The position numbers and the translations under genes were made by a program. The notes under the pieces are model-generated. The model saw nothing but the letters and a program-made list of their open reading frames with translations, had not been told where the DNA came from and ran no database searches. Shown one piece after another: positions 1 through 11,532 of a stretch of 64,000 bases of DNA; position 1 is the stretch's first letter; each line of letters opens with the position of its first letter. The DNA is from Eledone cirrhosa (Eukaryota). The stretch is from contig OZ024740.1 in assembly GCA_964016885.1 (NCBI GenBank), forward strand, positions 203,360,001-203,424,000, read 5' to 3'.

Positions 1-1131
1 GGAGGAGGAGAATTAGGAAGTCGAGTGACAAACAGAGTAGTATAGAGGGGGAGGAGGAGAATTAGGAAGTCGAGTGACAAACAGAGTAGTATAGAGGGGG
101 AGGGGGAGAATTAGGAAGTCGAGTGACAAACAGAGTAGTATAGAGGGGGAGGAGGAGAATTAGGAAGTCGAGTGACAAACAGAGTAGTATAGAGGGGGAG
201 GAGGAGGAGAATTAGGAAGTCGAGTGACAAACAGAGTAGTATAGAGGGGGAGGAGGAGAATTAGGAAGTCGAGTGACAAACAGAGTAGTATAGAGGGGGA
301 GGGGGAGAATTAGGAAGTCGAGTGACAAACAGAGTAGTATAGAGGGGGAGGAGGAGGAGAATTAGGAAGTCGAGTGACAAACAGAGTAGTATAGAGGGGG
401 AGGGGGAGAATTAGGAAGTCGAGTGACAAACAGAGTAGTATAGAGGGGGAGGAGGAGGAGAATTAGGAAGTCGAGTGACAAACAGAGTAGTATAGAGGGG
501 GAGGGGGAGGAGAATTAGGAAGTCGAGTGACAAACAGAGTAGTATAGAGGGGGAGGGGGAGAATTAGGAAGTCGAGTGACAAACAGAGTAGTATAGAGGG
601 GGAGGAGGAGAATTAGGAAGTCGAGTGACAAACAGAGTAGTATAGAGGGGGAGGGGGAGGAGAATTAGGAAGTCGAGTGACAAACAGAGTAGTATAGAGG
701 GGGAGGGGGAGAATTAGGAAGTCGAGTGACAAACAGAGTAGTATAGAGGGGGAGGAGGAGAATTAGGAAGTCGAGTGACAAACAGAGTAGTATAGAGGGG
801 GAGGGGGAGAATTAGGAAGTCGAGTGACAAACAGAGTAGTATAGAGGGGGAGGGGGAGAATTAGGAAGTCGAGTGACAAACAGAGTAGTATAGAGGGGGA
901 GGGGGAGAATTAGGAAGTCGAGTGACAAACAGAGTAGTATAGAGGGGGAGGGGGAGAATTAGGAAGTCGAGTGACAAACAGAGTAGTATAGAGGGGGAGG
1001 GGGAGAATTAGGAAGTCGAGTGACAAACAGAGTAGTATAGAGAGGGAGGGGGAGGAGAATTAGGAAGTCGAGTGACAAACAGAGTAGTATAGAGGGGGAG
1101 GGGGAGGAGAATTAGGAAGTCGAGTGACAAA
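1..1131. repeat. Minisatellite, ~49-52 bp unit (GGAGAATTAGGAAGTCGAGTGACAAACAGAGTAGTATAGAGGGGGAG), >20 near-identical copies, runs off the window start
   Basis: Unit is directly visible. Variation is mostly in the number of GAG/GGG triplets. Confidence 0.97.
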
Positions 1132-1554
1132 CGGTGATGTCGTCAATTTACAGTGTAGGGAGTTAAAGAGAATTAAATTGTTTATAGTGGGAGAGAGAGA
1201 GGGGGGAGATAGAGATATAAATATATATATAAATAAAAATAAAGAAGGGGGGGAAGAAAAGATAGCAAAAAAGGGAGAGAAGAAAAGAATAAAACGAAAA
1301 AGAGAATGCTTACCTGCGTTTTCTTCTTTTATTCTTTATACTCCAAGATTGAACGTGATTCTTACAAACTTGTGGAGTTACCCCTAACCATACGTTGAAA
1401 CCGTCCATGAAACTGGCTATCTTAACCACGAACTGGATTACAATAAGCAATTTTCTGCTTCCCTAACTATATATATATATACATACATATATGTACTCAT
1501 ATATCACCACAAGTTGGACATATATATATATATATATATATATTTCATTCATTA

Positions 1555-1850
1555 CACTTCATTTTACGTCCACTTTTTCCCTGCTTGCAAGGGTGGGATG
1601 GGAACTGATTGTGGCTTGATTTCTACAGCTGGATGCCCTTCCTAACACCAACCTCATTTACAGTGAGTGCTGGGTGCTTTTTTGCCGTGGCACCTCCACG
1701 ACCACTTTGCAGTGGAATGATATAGACCCCAGTCCCTATCATCTCATTTCTACAGCTGAGTAAACTGGAGCAATGTGAAATAAAGTGTCTTGCTCAAGGA
1801 AACAACACATCACCCGGTCTGAGAATTGAACTGGGTGATGTGTTGTTTCA
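1555..1850 (-). mobile_element. tRNA-derived SINE, 5'-damaged copy of the family at 61935-62250
   Basis: Near-identical to 61935-62190 (CTACAGCTGGATGCCCTTCCTAACACC...GTGTCTTGCTCAAGGAAACAACACATC). Confidence 0.8.
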
Positions 1851-1928
1851 TCCTGTACCTATCCAAATAGACATGCATGGCCACCGGCATATCACAATGA
1901 TTGCATAACTGTACCTATAATTGTGTAA

Positions 1929-1979
1929 GCATCTGACGAAGTCACATGAATAACCAAGTAACAGAAATATATATCATGC
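1929..1979 (+). ncRNA. Type I hammerhead ribozyme motif, possibly decayed
   Basis: GCAT-CTGACGA-(weak stem II)-GAAA-TATATA-TC-ATGC. Stem I is GCAT/ATGC and AATAAA follows directly. Confidence 0.6.
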
Positions 1980-2035
1980 AATAAACAACTATGGTGAATT
2001 AATCCCGTCTTAACTACCATTATTATATATCCGAA

Positions 2036-2220
2036 GGGCGGTGGATTGGCAGTATCGCTAGAGGGTCGGACGCCATGCTTTCCAGCATAGTTACGTCCCT
2101 TTACGACCTGAGTTCAAATCCCGCCGAGGTTGACTTTGCCTTTCATCCTTACGGGGTCGATAAAATAAAGTACCAGTAATGCACTGGGTAATTGCTGGCC
2201 TTGTGCCTAAAGTAGAAACA
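2036..2220 (+). mobile_element. tRNA-derived SINE with Nin/Deu-like central domain
   Basis: GTGGATTGGCAG...GAGTTCAAATCC (B-box)...GCCTTTCATCCTTACGGGGTCGATAAAATAAAGTACCAG. 17-bp target duplication ATTATTATATATCCGAA at 2019-2035 and 2221-2237. Confidence 0.9.
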
Positions 2221-3414
2221 ATTATTATATATCCGAACTAAAACGCTGGTATGCCGGCACTTTAGTTCGGATCTAGCTATTGAAATGCCCGGAGCTCAGC
2301 CGTCGGGGCCCTACATTTTTTCATATATATATATGAAAAAAGAAAAAGAATGACTTCACTTTAATTTTATAATTTTATAATTTTGCTATAAAATTGTAAA
2401 ATTATAAAATTAGATTGTTTAGAATACCAAATACAAGTGAAGTCATTATTTTCCTTTTTTCAAATATACCTAACTGTTCCAAGGATTTCACACATTTTCC
2501 AATATATATATATATATATATACGGTGCCTGTGGTGCTGCTGCCATGATAAAACCCACCCAGTACATTCTGTAAGGTGGTTAGTGTTAATAAGGGCATCT
2601 AAATATAGAAACCATGCCAAATATGGAACATATGAGCAAGACATGGTCACCTGACAGGCATAGTCTCAGAATGTAACAACCCATCCAACCCATGCCAGCA
2701 TGGAGAGTGAAGATATAAATGGTGATGATACTTACATGTGTTTACATGTGTGTATATAGACATACATATAGGCCACTATCATCACTGCACACCCCACTCT
2801 ACCAGTGCAATATCTGTACCCCAGCCCACTAAATCACTCCCCAGCAAGACCAAGTATACTGAGCACCCTAATGCTGTAATGACATAGTACTCGTGCCACC
2901 ACAAAAGCAGCCTGTCACCCTTGAAAAGTGGTAGTGCTGGAGTCACTATAAAATGCTCCCAATACATGCTATAAAATGGTTGGTGTAAGTAAGCGCATCC
3001 AACCATAGAAACAATACTCTCAGTACACATTATAAACTGGTTGGTGTTTGGAAGGGTATCCAGTCATAGAAACCATGTTCCCAGTACTCTCTGTAAACTG
3101 GTTGGTATTAGGAAGTGCATCCAGAAGTAGAAACCAAGCCAAAATTAAGCATATGATCAGGACCTAGTCACCTGATCAATCTGGTTTCAGCACATGACAG
3201 TTGTTGAACCCATGCAAGCATGGAAAATAGACATTAAATACTGATGATGTTATATTTACACACACACACACATAGATACATACACATATATACATATATA
3301 TATATGTGTGTGTGTAAATGAAGTAATTCCGTCGGAACGGTACAAGAAAAAAAGAGTGCTCTATGTAGGCTACAGAGCTTATTAGTTATGTAATAAACAA
3401 CATAAGATAATTAT

Positions 3415-3472
3415 TTCATTTACCAGTGGTTTCTTGAAAGCAGATATATCTATTTTCAGTCGTCAGAATGAA
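3415..3472 (-). ncRNA. Type I hammerhead ribozyme (same strand as ZDHHC23)
   Basis: Reverse-complement copy of 4675-4732 with intact core. Confidence 0.8.
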
Positions 3473-4371
3473 TAAAACATGGTGTTTTTATTAAATATGG
3501 ACTTGAAAACAAAAATTTAGGAAATATGAAAGTGAGGCTGAGGAAACAATGGGCGAAGAGGAAGAGAAAAAAAGAAAAAAAAGGAAAATTACATATGTAT
3601 ATATAAAAACAATAAATATATAAACATAAACACACTCAACCATGCGCATATACTTAAAAAGTATGTAGACGTATACTTTGTCACATAAGCGTATATGTAT
3701 CTTTGTGCACCACGGAAAAATTTACAATTCTCCAAAACTTGAAAGCCTCTTCCATTTGCCTCAACTCCAAGACCGAGATCTTCAGATGTTGTCCACATCT
3801 GATATCGCATCTACTTTTTAACTGGATTGACATTCCTACGATGACTCAACCACCTTGAGCTTCTTTACTCATTACGCCTTCCACTCACCACGAATATTAT
3901 TACCCTATGAATTCATACTTCTTACCCATATATACTTTTTCTCCCTCATCTCCTATATCTCTTAATATTTATTTTCCTATTATTTAAACATTTTTTTCAG
4001 TTGACTTATAATCCCCCCTACTTTCTACCTTACCCTTTACACATACACACCCACCACCTTTATCCTTTATTCAGTTCACTCTTTAACCAGATACTATCAT
4101 CTAGATCTCATCGCAAACCTTTTACATTTTTTTCCCTTACCTATTCCTAATAATTGTGTTTATTATTTCAATTTTACTCCCCTTTTGTCCTTACTTACCC
4201 ACTAGGTTTTTATGTTCTCACATAGGGCTGTGTGGGCGCATTTGCAGACAGGCTCATCTGTACATACTTTATAGTATTTTGATTATTTATTTGTATGTGT
4301 GCGTGTATGTATATATATATATATATTTATATGTATATATATATATGTGTATATGTATGCGTATTTATATG

Positions 4372-4402
<31 letters not shown>

Positions 4403-4674
4403 ATATGTATATGTATGCGTATGTATTTTGTCCATGCCTGTAGATACATATACGCTTATGTGACAAAGTATACGTCTACGTACTTTTTAAGTTTATGCGC
4501 GTGGTTGAGTGTGTGTATGTTTATATATTTATTGTTTTTATATATACATATGTAAATTTTACTTTTTTTCTTTTTTTCTCTTCTTCCTCTTCGCCCGTTG
4601 TTTCCTCAGCCTCACTTTCATATTTCTTAAATTTTTATTTTTAAATCCATATTTAATAAAAACACCATGTTTTA

Positions 4675-4732
4675 TTCATTCTGACGACTGAAAACAGATA
4701 TATCTGCTTTCAAGAAACCACTGGTAAATGAA
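4675..4732 (+). ncRNA. Type I hammerhead ribozyme
   Basis: TTCATT-CTGACGA-stem II (TGAAA.CAGATA/TATCTG.TTTCA)-GAAAC-CACTG-GTA-AATGAA. 6-bp stem I, GUA cleavage triplet. Confidence 0.82.
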
Positions 4733-4785
4733 ATAATTATCTTATGTTGTTTATTACATAACTAAATATATATATATATTAATTT

Positions 4786-5038
4786 TTACATGGGAATCTT
4801 CTGTGAAATACTTCGAGAAGGCCTGAAAAGAAACTCCAGCCAGTTGTGGAGAAAACCTTTATTGTGGACATTGTTGTAGGCGTAGATACCAAGGAATGTT
4901 TTCTTGTGAATCAGTGCTTGATGTAACTCCTGTGATGTGATGTTCTGACTGATGAGCATTAACTGCTGTAAGAATGCCAGGAGCATTACTACAGTGCTTA
5001 CTGAAACATAGCAGGCCGTCACAAAACTAATGGATGTT
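4786..5038 (-). CDS. ZDHHC23: Palmitoyltransferase ZDHHC23-like, last coding exon (5)
   Basis: Acceptor tgcAG at 5039-5040. Reads TSISFVTACYVSV...LQQLMLISQNITSQELHQAL...HNKGFLHNWLEF...KIPM*, with the DHHC-family TTxE-like and PaCCT (N.G...N...F) motifs. TAA at 4786-4788. Confidence 0.93.
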
Positions 5039-7287
5039 CTGCAGTAAGAGAAGATAATAGAATGTAATTAAGGTAATAATTAATTATTTGATAATTTGTG
5101 ATAAGTCAGGTAGATGGACAGATAAATACGTAGTTAGGTAGGTAGGTAGATTGGGTAGACAGGCAAGCAGGTAGATGGATGGATAGATAGATGGATGAGC
5201 ACAGACAAACAGACAGACAGATAGACAAACACTCTGTAAAGTATTTGTTGACTGGAAGAGAACCCAGCCATAGAAAACTTGCCAAACAAAAGGTCAGGAG
5301 GACTCTTCATCTGTGTGAAAGACATGACAACCATCCTAATGTTGGTGATCAATGTGGTAAATACACCCTGTACACTCTGTAAAGTAGTTGGTTATAGGAA
5401 GGGCATCCTGTTGTAGAAAACCTGCCAAACAATGGGTTGGGAGAATTCTTCAGCTGTGTTAAATACATGACAACCTCTCTAGTGATTTACACAATAAATG
5501 AATGCAGCACACTCTGTAAAGTGGTTGGTAATAGGAAGACTGCTAGTGAAATTAACATACAAGTGACTGAGCATTCCACAGACATGTGAACCCTAATATA
5601 ATTCACAGAGAGTTTTATCATGATGCAGTGTGTAAAGAGGCTGACTCTTTGAATTACAGGTACAACTTATTTTTCCAGCTGAGTTGACTGGAGCAAGATA
5701 AAATAAAATGTTTTGTTCAAGGAGGTTGAGAATCAAACTTATGACTTTAATGTAATTCTTAAGTTGAATCAGTATGACACAATGTGTGACAAACCAGGAT
5801 CTATTTTGCTGGGACTTTTGATCAGCCACACACCTGGTCCATGGCCCTCAGAAGATTGTGTCATATAAATCCTAAATTTTCCTCTATTATAGGTCCCTAA
5901 CTCCTCTTCCTTATCAGCACAGGCATTGCATAGGATTTCCCCGAATCTACTGCAGGCTGAAGGTTCCCTATGTTTCCATGTCTTCCTTCACTAGGGAGAG
6001 ATTTAGTATTTAAGCCCACTCATCTGTCCTGTTTGCATACCAAGCTATTTCATGGCTGGCTTTGCCAAAAAAAAAAAAAAAATTAGATTTTCTTTTTCTT
6101 TCGCTTGGCAAAGCCAATCATAAAATTGCTCAGTATGCAAATTAGGCTAATCAGCTGATGTATACTTTATGTATACTATATATATGTATACTACATATAT
6201 GTATACTATATATATGTATACTATATATATATGTATACTATATATATATGTATACTATATATTCATCTAAAAAGCATAGCGTTATGAGGCTGTTTGCTTG
6301 AAAACAAATAGAATATTATTATTATTCGATATAAAACTCACGAATACAGTATTAAATATATTACCTAGAAATAAATATATGGTGTGACAGATAGACAGAC
6401 ATATAGACTGACAGACAGTGTGGCAGATAGATAGACGGGCAGTGAGATAGGCAGGCAAATAGAAAGACCAACATATTATATATATATATAAGTGGAAGCT
6501 TAGTAAAATTGAAGCTTTGGCTGTGGCCAAGCAAATTCGACCTACAATAAGGAATGAGTAGCAAGGCACTCAATAAGGGTAGGTCCTTAGAGTAATAACA
6601 TACATTTAAATAGCTTGACAAATTGAAAATTGCGGTAGGCAAAACCCAACCATGCAATGCCAAAGTAACGAAAGAACTAATCAGGATATATATATACATA
6701 CATACAAAGTGTCCTCAAAAAATGTATTTACACTTTTATTAGAATGCTGTTGAGGTGTGTATACATTTTGCGGGGTGGGGGGACATCATCATCATCATCA
6801 TCATCGTTTAACGTCCATGTTCCACGCTTGCATGGGTTTGGACGGGGGTTTTCCCACTTGAGGCAAGAGTGGTTGTCTTGCTCGCATAGGACTGTCTGGC
6901 AGGTTTTCTACAGTTGGATGCCCTTCCTAACACCAACCACATTTACAGTGTGGGGCTGGGAGGTTTTTACTGTGTTGCCTACATGGCCACATTACAGCGT
7001 GGACTGTCTAGCGGGTTTTCTACAGCTGGATGCCCTTCCTAACACCAACCACATTTACGGTGTGGGGCTGGGAGGTTTTTACCGTGTTGCCTACACGGCC
7101 ACATTTACAGCGTGGACTGTGTGTTTTTTGTCGTGACACCTACACGATCTCATTTGTTTCGGCCTGGATGTTGTGGCACCAACATAACTTTGCATTGAAA
7201 GGGGCGGTGTGGATGGGGTGGGGGTGGTGGGACGGAGGTGTATTTTGTTAGAGATGCCTACTGACTGTAGTAGGTTTTACTTTGTAT

Positions 7288-7580
7288 TTAGGTAAGGCGG
7301 GTCTTCTCTGTTACTGAGTACCGCCAAAGGTCTCGGTCCAGTGACATTGTCTTGGAGAGGTGTAAGTGTGTGAGGTCGGAATTTATCAGCTCGTCCCAGG
7401 TTTTTCTGGGTCTGCCTACTCCGTGGCTACCATCTATCTTTATTGCCCTGCACTTTGTTATACAACTGTCGTCTTTCATGCGCATCACGTGACCATATCA
7501 ACGTAGCCTTCTCTCGAGTAAACAACATCTGATCCCTCTTATTTCTAATTTTTTCCTTAGTTCGTTTATGCTTTGCTTCT
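7288..7580 (-). mobile_element. RTE-clade LINE 3' fragment
   Basis: GHVMRMKDD...GRPRKTWDELINSDL...DRDLWR is a typical RTE ORF C-terminus. Confidence 0.8.
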
Positions 7581-8490
7581 GTATATATATATATATATAT
7601 ATAAGTCAGTATTAAACATATTTGATGTAAGGAATGATAAATAACTAACTAGAAATTATATGAAGTGGGGAGTAATAATATTTCTATTTTCCCAACAAGT
7701 ATGGCTAACAACTCTGGATATATTTTCGTTTTATTCTGACATCATCAGTTACAGATTTCCAACAAACCAATCACTGCTTCACTGCATTTATACCAGTGAC
7801 AACAACAAGGGAGTGTCTATAAATTCAATACAGAACAAATATCACATGAGAAATTATTTGTAAAGCACCCGAACTACACTATTGCAAAGTAAACTTCAAC
7901 CACTCACCCATGCAAGTACTCTCGGGTCCCAAATAATAAGAGTGGGGATGGATATTTGCTTAAATTCTTATAAACAAGGGGTTGGGAAATCGGTAATTGT
8001 ATAGTGTACATTCGTAAATATGGGATTTCTTGTAATGTTCTTTTTTTGTCATATATAATGGGGTTTTTTAATGTAAAATAAAATTATTATTAGATTCTCT
8101 AGCTGCTGTATCAATATGAATCATTTACAATAAAATTTTGCTGAAGATAGATTAGTAAAATTTAATAAGCAACGGAAGAGGGAGGGGGGGGGGGTTAAAT
8201 CTGAAAAATTAATAAGCGAGGAGTGGGGTGACTACTCAAGACCTAAAAGTACTTAACTTTTAAAAATTCAGACCATATAGTAGTATGTAAATACCATGAT
8301 ATTAATAGTATAGTATATGCTATACATAATATACAAAGTATAGTATATTCTATAATAGTACAGCATCTGCTATAATAGTAAATTCTATAATAGTACAGTA
8401 TCTTCTATAATAGTTTAGTATATGCTAAACTAGTAAAGTATTGGTAATAACAACAATAGAAAAAATAATTGCTGTGTTTGATTTACTTAC

Positions 8491-8667
8491 TGAAAGTCAT
8501 TATAAATAAATCGACAATCATTTGGGAATAGAATCCAGTTGAAATACATCTCTGGTGTACAAACTGTCGTAAAAGTAAGGTGCGACCCATACAGACCACA
8601 GAACAAGAAGAATATCATGCAGGTTAGAAATATTCGGTGGTTACTGGCGCCAACACAGTTGTCGATC
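8491..8667 (-). CDS. ZDHHC23: ZDHHC23-like coding exon 4
   Basis: tAG acceptor at 8668-8669 and GTAAGT donor at 8490. Reads (W)IDNCVGASNHRIFLTCMIFFLFCGLYGSHLTFTTVCTPEMYFNWILFPNDCRFIYNDF(Q), completing DHHC-x-W-x-x-NCVG. Confidence 0.95.
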
Positions 8668-8774
8668 CTACAGTTTCAAGACAGAAAAATGAAGGAAAAG
8701 ATGCATTTTTATTATTTTTTTTAATTTGGATCTGGAAAAAAGAATGATAATTATTATTATTATTATTATTATTC

Positions 8775-9400
8775 ATAGTTTGTACAGTAAATATAATGAT
8801 TACTTGGTTATCCAAGAATGAGGAACCATGTTGAATGCCTTCTTGTAATCTATCCATCCCATGGCAAGACCAGTATGTCTCATCTTGTAGTTCCTTAATA
8901 TCATCTTGTCAATAAGTAACTGGTCTTTTGTACCACAGGACTTTTTTCAGCATCCTTTCTGTTCCTTCGGCAATAAGTTGTTAATGTTGAGGTCGTGGTA
9001 GATTTCCTCAGACATATTGCTTGTTAGCAATTTCCATATCATGGGCAGACATGTGATAGGCCTATAGTTGTTAACATTGTTACTGGCAATGGTGGCTCAA
9101 CGGACTGTCCATGTTGGTGGTCCTGTGACTGGGTCACTATTTGTTTTGTGGTCTTTGCAAAGTTCATACAGCATCAGTACATCGTTGTTCCAGGCCTGGA
9201 AGTTGTTGGCAGCATGCATGTTCGGTTGCATTATGCTAGACTACATCATCATGTGAGTGTTGAAGTTTTTTTTCTCTTTCCTCATGCTCTTGTGGTGTTG
9301 CTTCTCTTGTGTTGATGATGTGGGGTTGCATTGCCTGGATGTAGTTTGGCAGGCTGTCTACTGACATTCTGCCAGACTTGTCCATTGGAAAGCATACAAT
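8775..9400 (-). mobile_element. Decayed R4/Dong-like non-LTR retrotransposon RT fragment
   Basis: Minus strand gives [26 protein letters not shown] and [17 protein letters not shown], which are R4/Dong-type RT motifs. Abuts a (TAT)n tract at 8748-8773. Confidence 0.7.
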
Positions 9401-10599
9401 TTCTTCATTTCACAAGTGCTGTATGAGTTTACGCAAACCATTTGCGGATTTTTACCCAAGTTGCTGGACCAAAATTAAGCAGAAAACATAAGTGCAATAG
9501 CATCAACATCACAACCAGTAATTAAGGACAAGATAAAGACACACAAAGACACATAAAAACCAAACTAAACAAACTAAAATAAACCAAACATACACAAATA
9601 GAACAAGAAACCAACTAGTGACAAGTAAATAACAAATTAGTCACTGAGGAGGTCACAGAATGTGTGGCAAAAGAGCTTTGATAATAAATAAACAGCTATC
9701 CAGTTATTAAACCAACCAAGTGGAAATCTGTAATAAATTGAAATGAAAATCAACAGGTGCATGTGTTTTTATTGGCAGCATGACTCTCCTAAAGTATAAC
9801 AATATATATATATTTTACATATCATAATAGGTGTTTAAAGTGTCATACTACTTAAAATATAAAACATTAACTGAATGTACACTCAATTCTTGTTAGTAGA
9901 GTATAAATTATATTTCCTGAGTAGAAAAGTGTCAGTGACTTCGAAGTTTCAACTTATTCATTTCATCTCCTCACTTGTACCCTTAACAATGTTTGCAGGA
10001 AGAGGTGTCATTCTGCAGTGAATTGGGCACCCTGACCCAGCATGTCTTGTGATGTTAGGGTTCCCTTGAAGCCATTAATCTACTTCTACCTAATCCAGTC
10101 ACTGGTCATGTGGCCAGACATCCTCGTGTTATATACATAATGGGTTGGTTGTTAGGCTGGTAGTTTGGCATTCCTGTGACATGTCTGAACTATCATATTC
10201 TTAGGTTGACCTCTAGTCATGTGGCCAGAGATCTTTGTCTTATACATACAATGGGCTGGTTGGTTGGTTAGCATTTTTGTGACATGTCTGAGCCATCATA
10301 CTCTTAGGTTGACAACTGGTAATGTGGCCAGAGATCTTTGTGTTATACACATAATGGGCTGGCTGATAGGTTGGCATTCTTGTGACAACTCTGTTGTTGT
10401 ATGTAACAATGGATTGGTGTTGTCCCCACTATCTTTTCTGGTTTTGTTGATAGCATTTCTAAGACAGAACATCTAACAGTTTGCCACTTTACAATCTAGA
10501 GGTTTAGTCAGAGTGCAGGTATTTTATTTGTTAGATTTGTTTATTGGACTATATAGCTCAGAAATACTGATAAAATATATTCAAATATATTCACATATA

Positions 10600-11130
10600 T
10601 CATCATTAATATCATTTTTACAGATTTTTGTATTTTTTTCATGCTTGCGTTGATTAGACAAGCCCTTTCCAGTATATCTTTCCTCCACTTGTCTCTTTCC
10701 TTTGCCATCTCTCTTATGAGGTTCACTATTCTAGGGTCAGCTTTCACTATTTCTACACATGTCCACTTGAGCCTACCTCTACCATATCTTTCTTCTACTT
10801 GGAATTCCTGGCACTTCATTGCTCAAGGAACATAATCCATTTGTAATACATGTCTATATCAGCATAATTTCTGTCTCTTGTACACTACATATAATTCCTC
10901 TTATTCTCAGTTTTTCTTTCAACTCATCTGTACATTGTTGTTCATGCAACTAACGCTTCATAACTAGTGGAGCATGCTAGCCTAATTATCTTTCTAACCT
11001 TCCCACATTCTCTGCATTCAGTGTCCATATCTCCCTACCATGCAACACAGGCATCATATAATCCCATTACTCAAAGAGCAAGAATCCCTTTGTTGTTGGT
11101 AGAGGTAATAACTTCCAGAATGTTTTTCTA
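10600..11130 (-). mobile_element. RTE-clade LINE 3' fragment
   Basis: GRGRLKWTCVEIVKADPR...KERDKWR plus upstream LLPLPTTKGFLL similarity to the other RTE copies here. Confidence 0.7.
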
Positions 11131-11420
11131 AATCTAAATTGGAAATATTTGCATCCAGTCAGAACAAAACATAAATACGTCAGTGAAATGAGGGTTTGAA
11201 AGAAATATTAATGACATTCTTGAAATTGTGATTATATTATAGTAGACATAGCCCTGTGGTTAAGAAATTTGCTTTACAACCATGTGGCTTCAGGTCCTAT
11301 CCCATGGTGTAGCACTTTGGGTAAGTATCTTCTATAGTCTTGGGTTAACTAACGTGAATTTGGTAGACTGAAACTATAGACAAGTGTGTCAAAAAGAGAA
11401 ACACTAAAAGCCATACTTAC

Positions 11421-11532
11421 CAAACACAATGGTGATCTCGAACAGCTATGCATGAACTACAGACATAACAATGTCCAGATCTGGGAAGTTTCCGATTGTT
11501 ACAAAATCCACACCATGTAACTAGATATAAAC
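11421..11532 (-). CDS. ZDHHC23: ZDHHC23-like coding exon 3 (DHHC cysteine-rich domain)
   Basis: ccAG acceptor at 11533-11534 and GTAAGT donor at 11420. Reads LYLVTWCGFCNNRKLPRSGHCYVCSSCIAVRDHHCV(W). Confidence 0.97.

Larger units (their letters stand above)
3316..4765 (+). mobile_element. 5'-truncated Penelope-like element with inverted pLTRs (arms 3382-3702 and 4442-4765, tail 3316-3381)
   Basis: ~320-bp inverted repeat with a hammerhead in each arm. The internal remnant at ~3703-3858 translates LCTTEKFTILQNLKASSICLNSKTEIFRCCPH, matching the C-terminus (LC..E..I..LN...E..C.H) of the PLE ORF at 30389-32014. Flanked by TA/TG microsatellite. Confidence 0.85.

Noticed and set aside
1-1131. Regular ~50-bp repeat array as a CRISPR
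   Set aside because: No unique spacers, no cas genes, and a eukaryotic spliced-gene context. It is a plain minisatellite.
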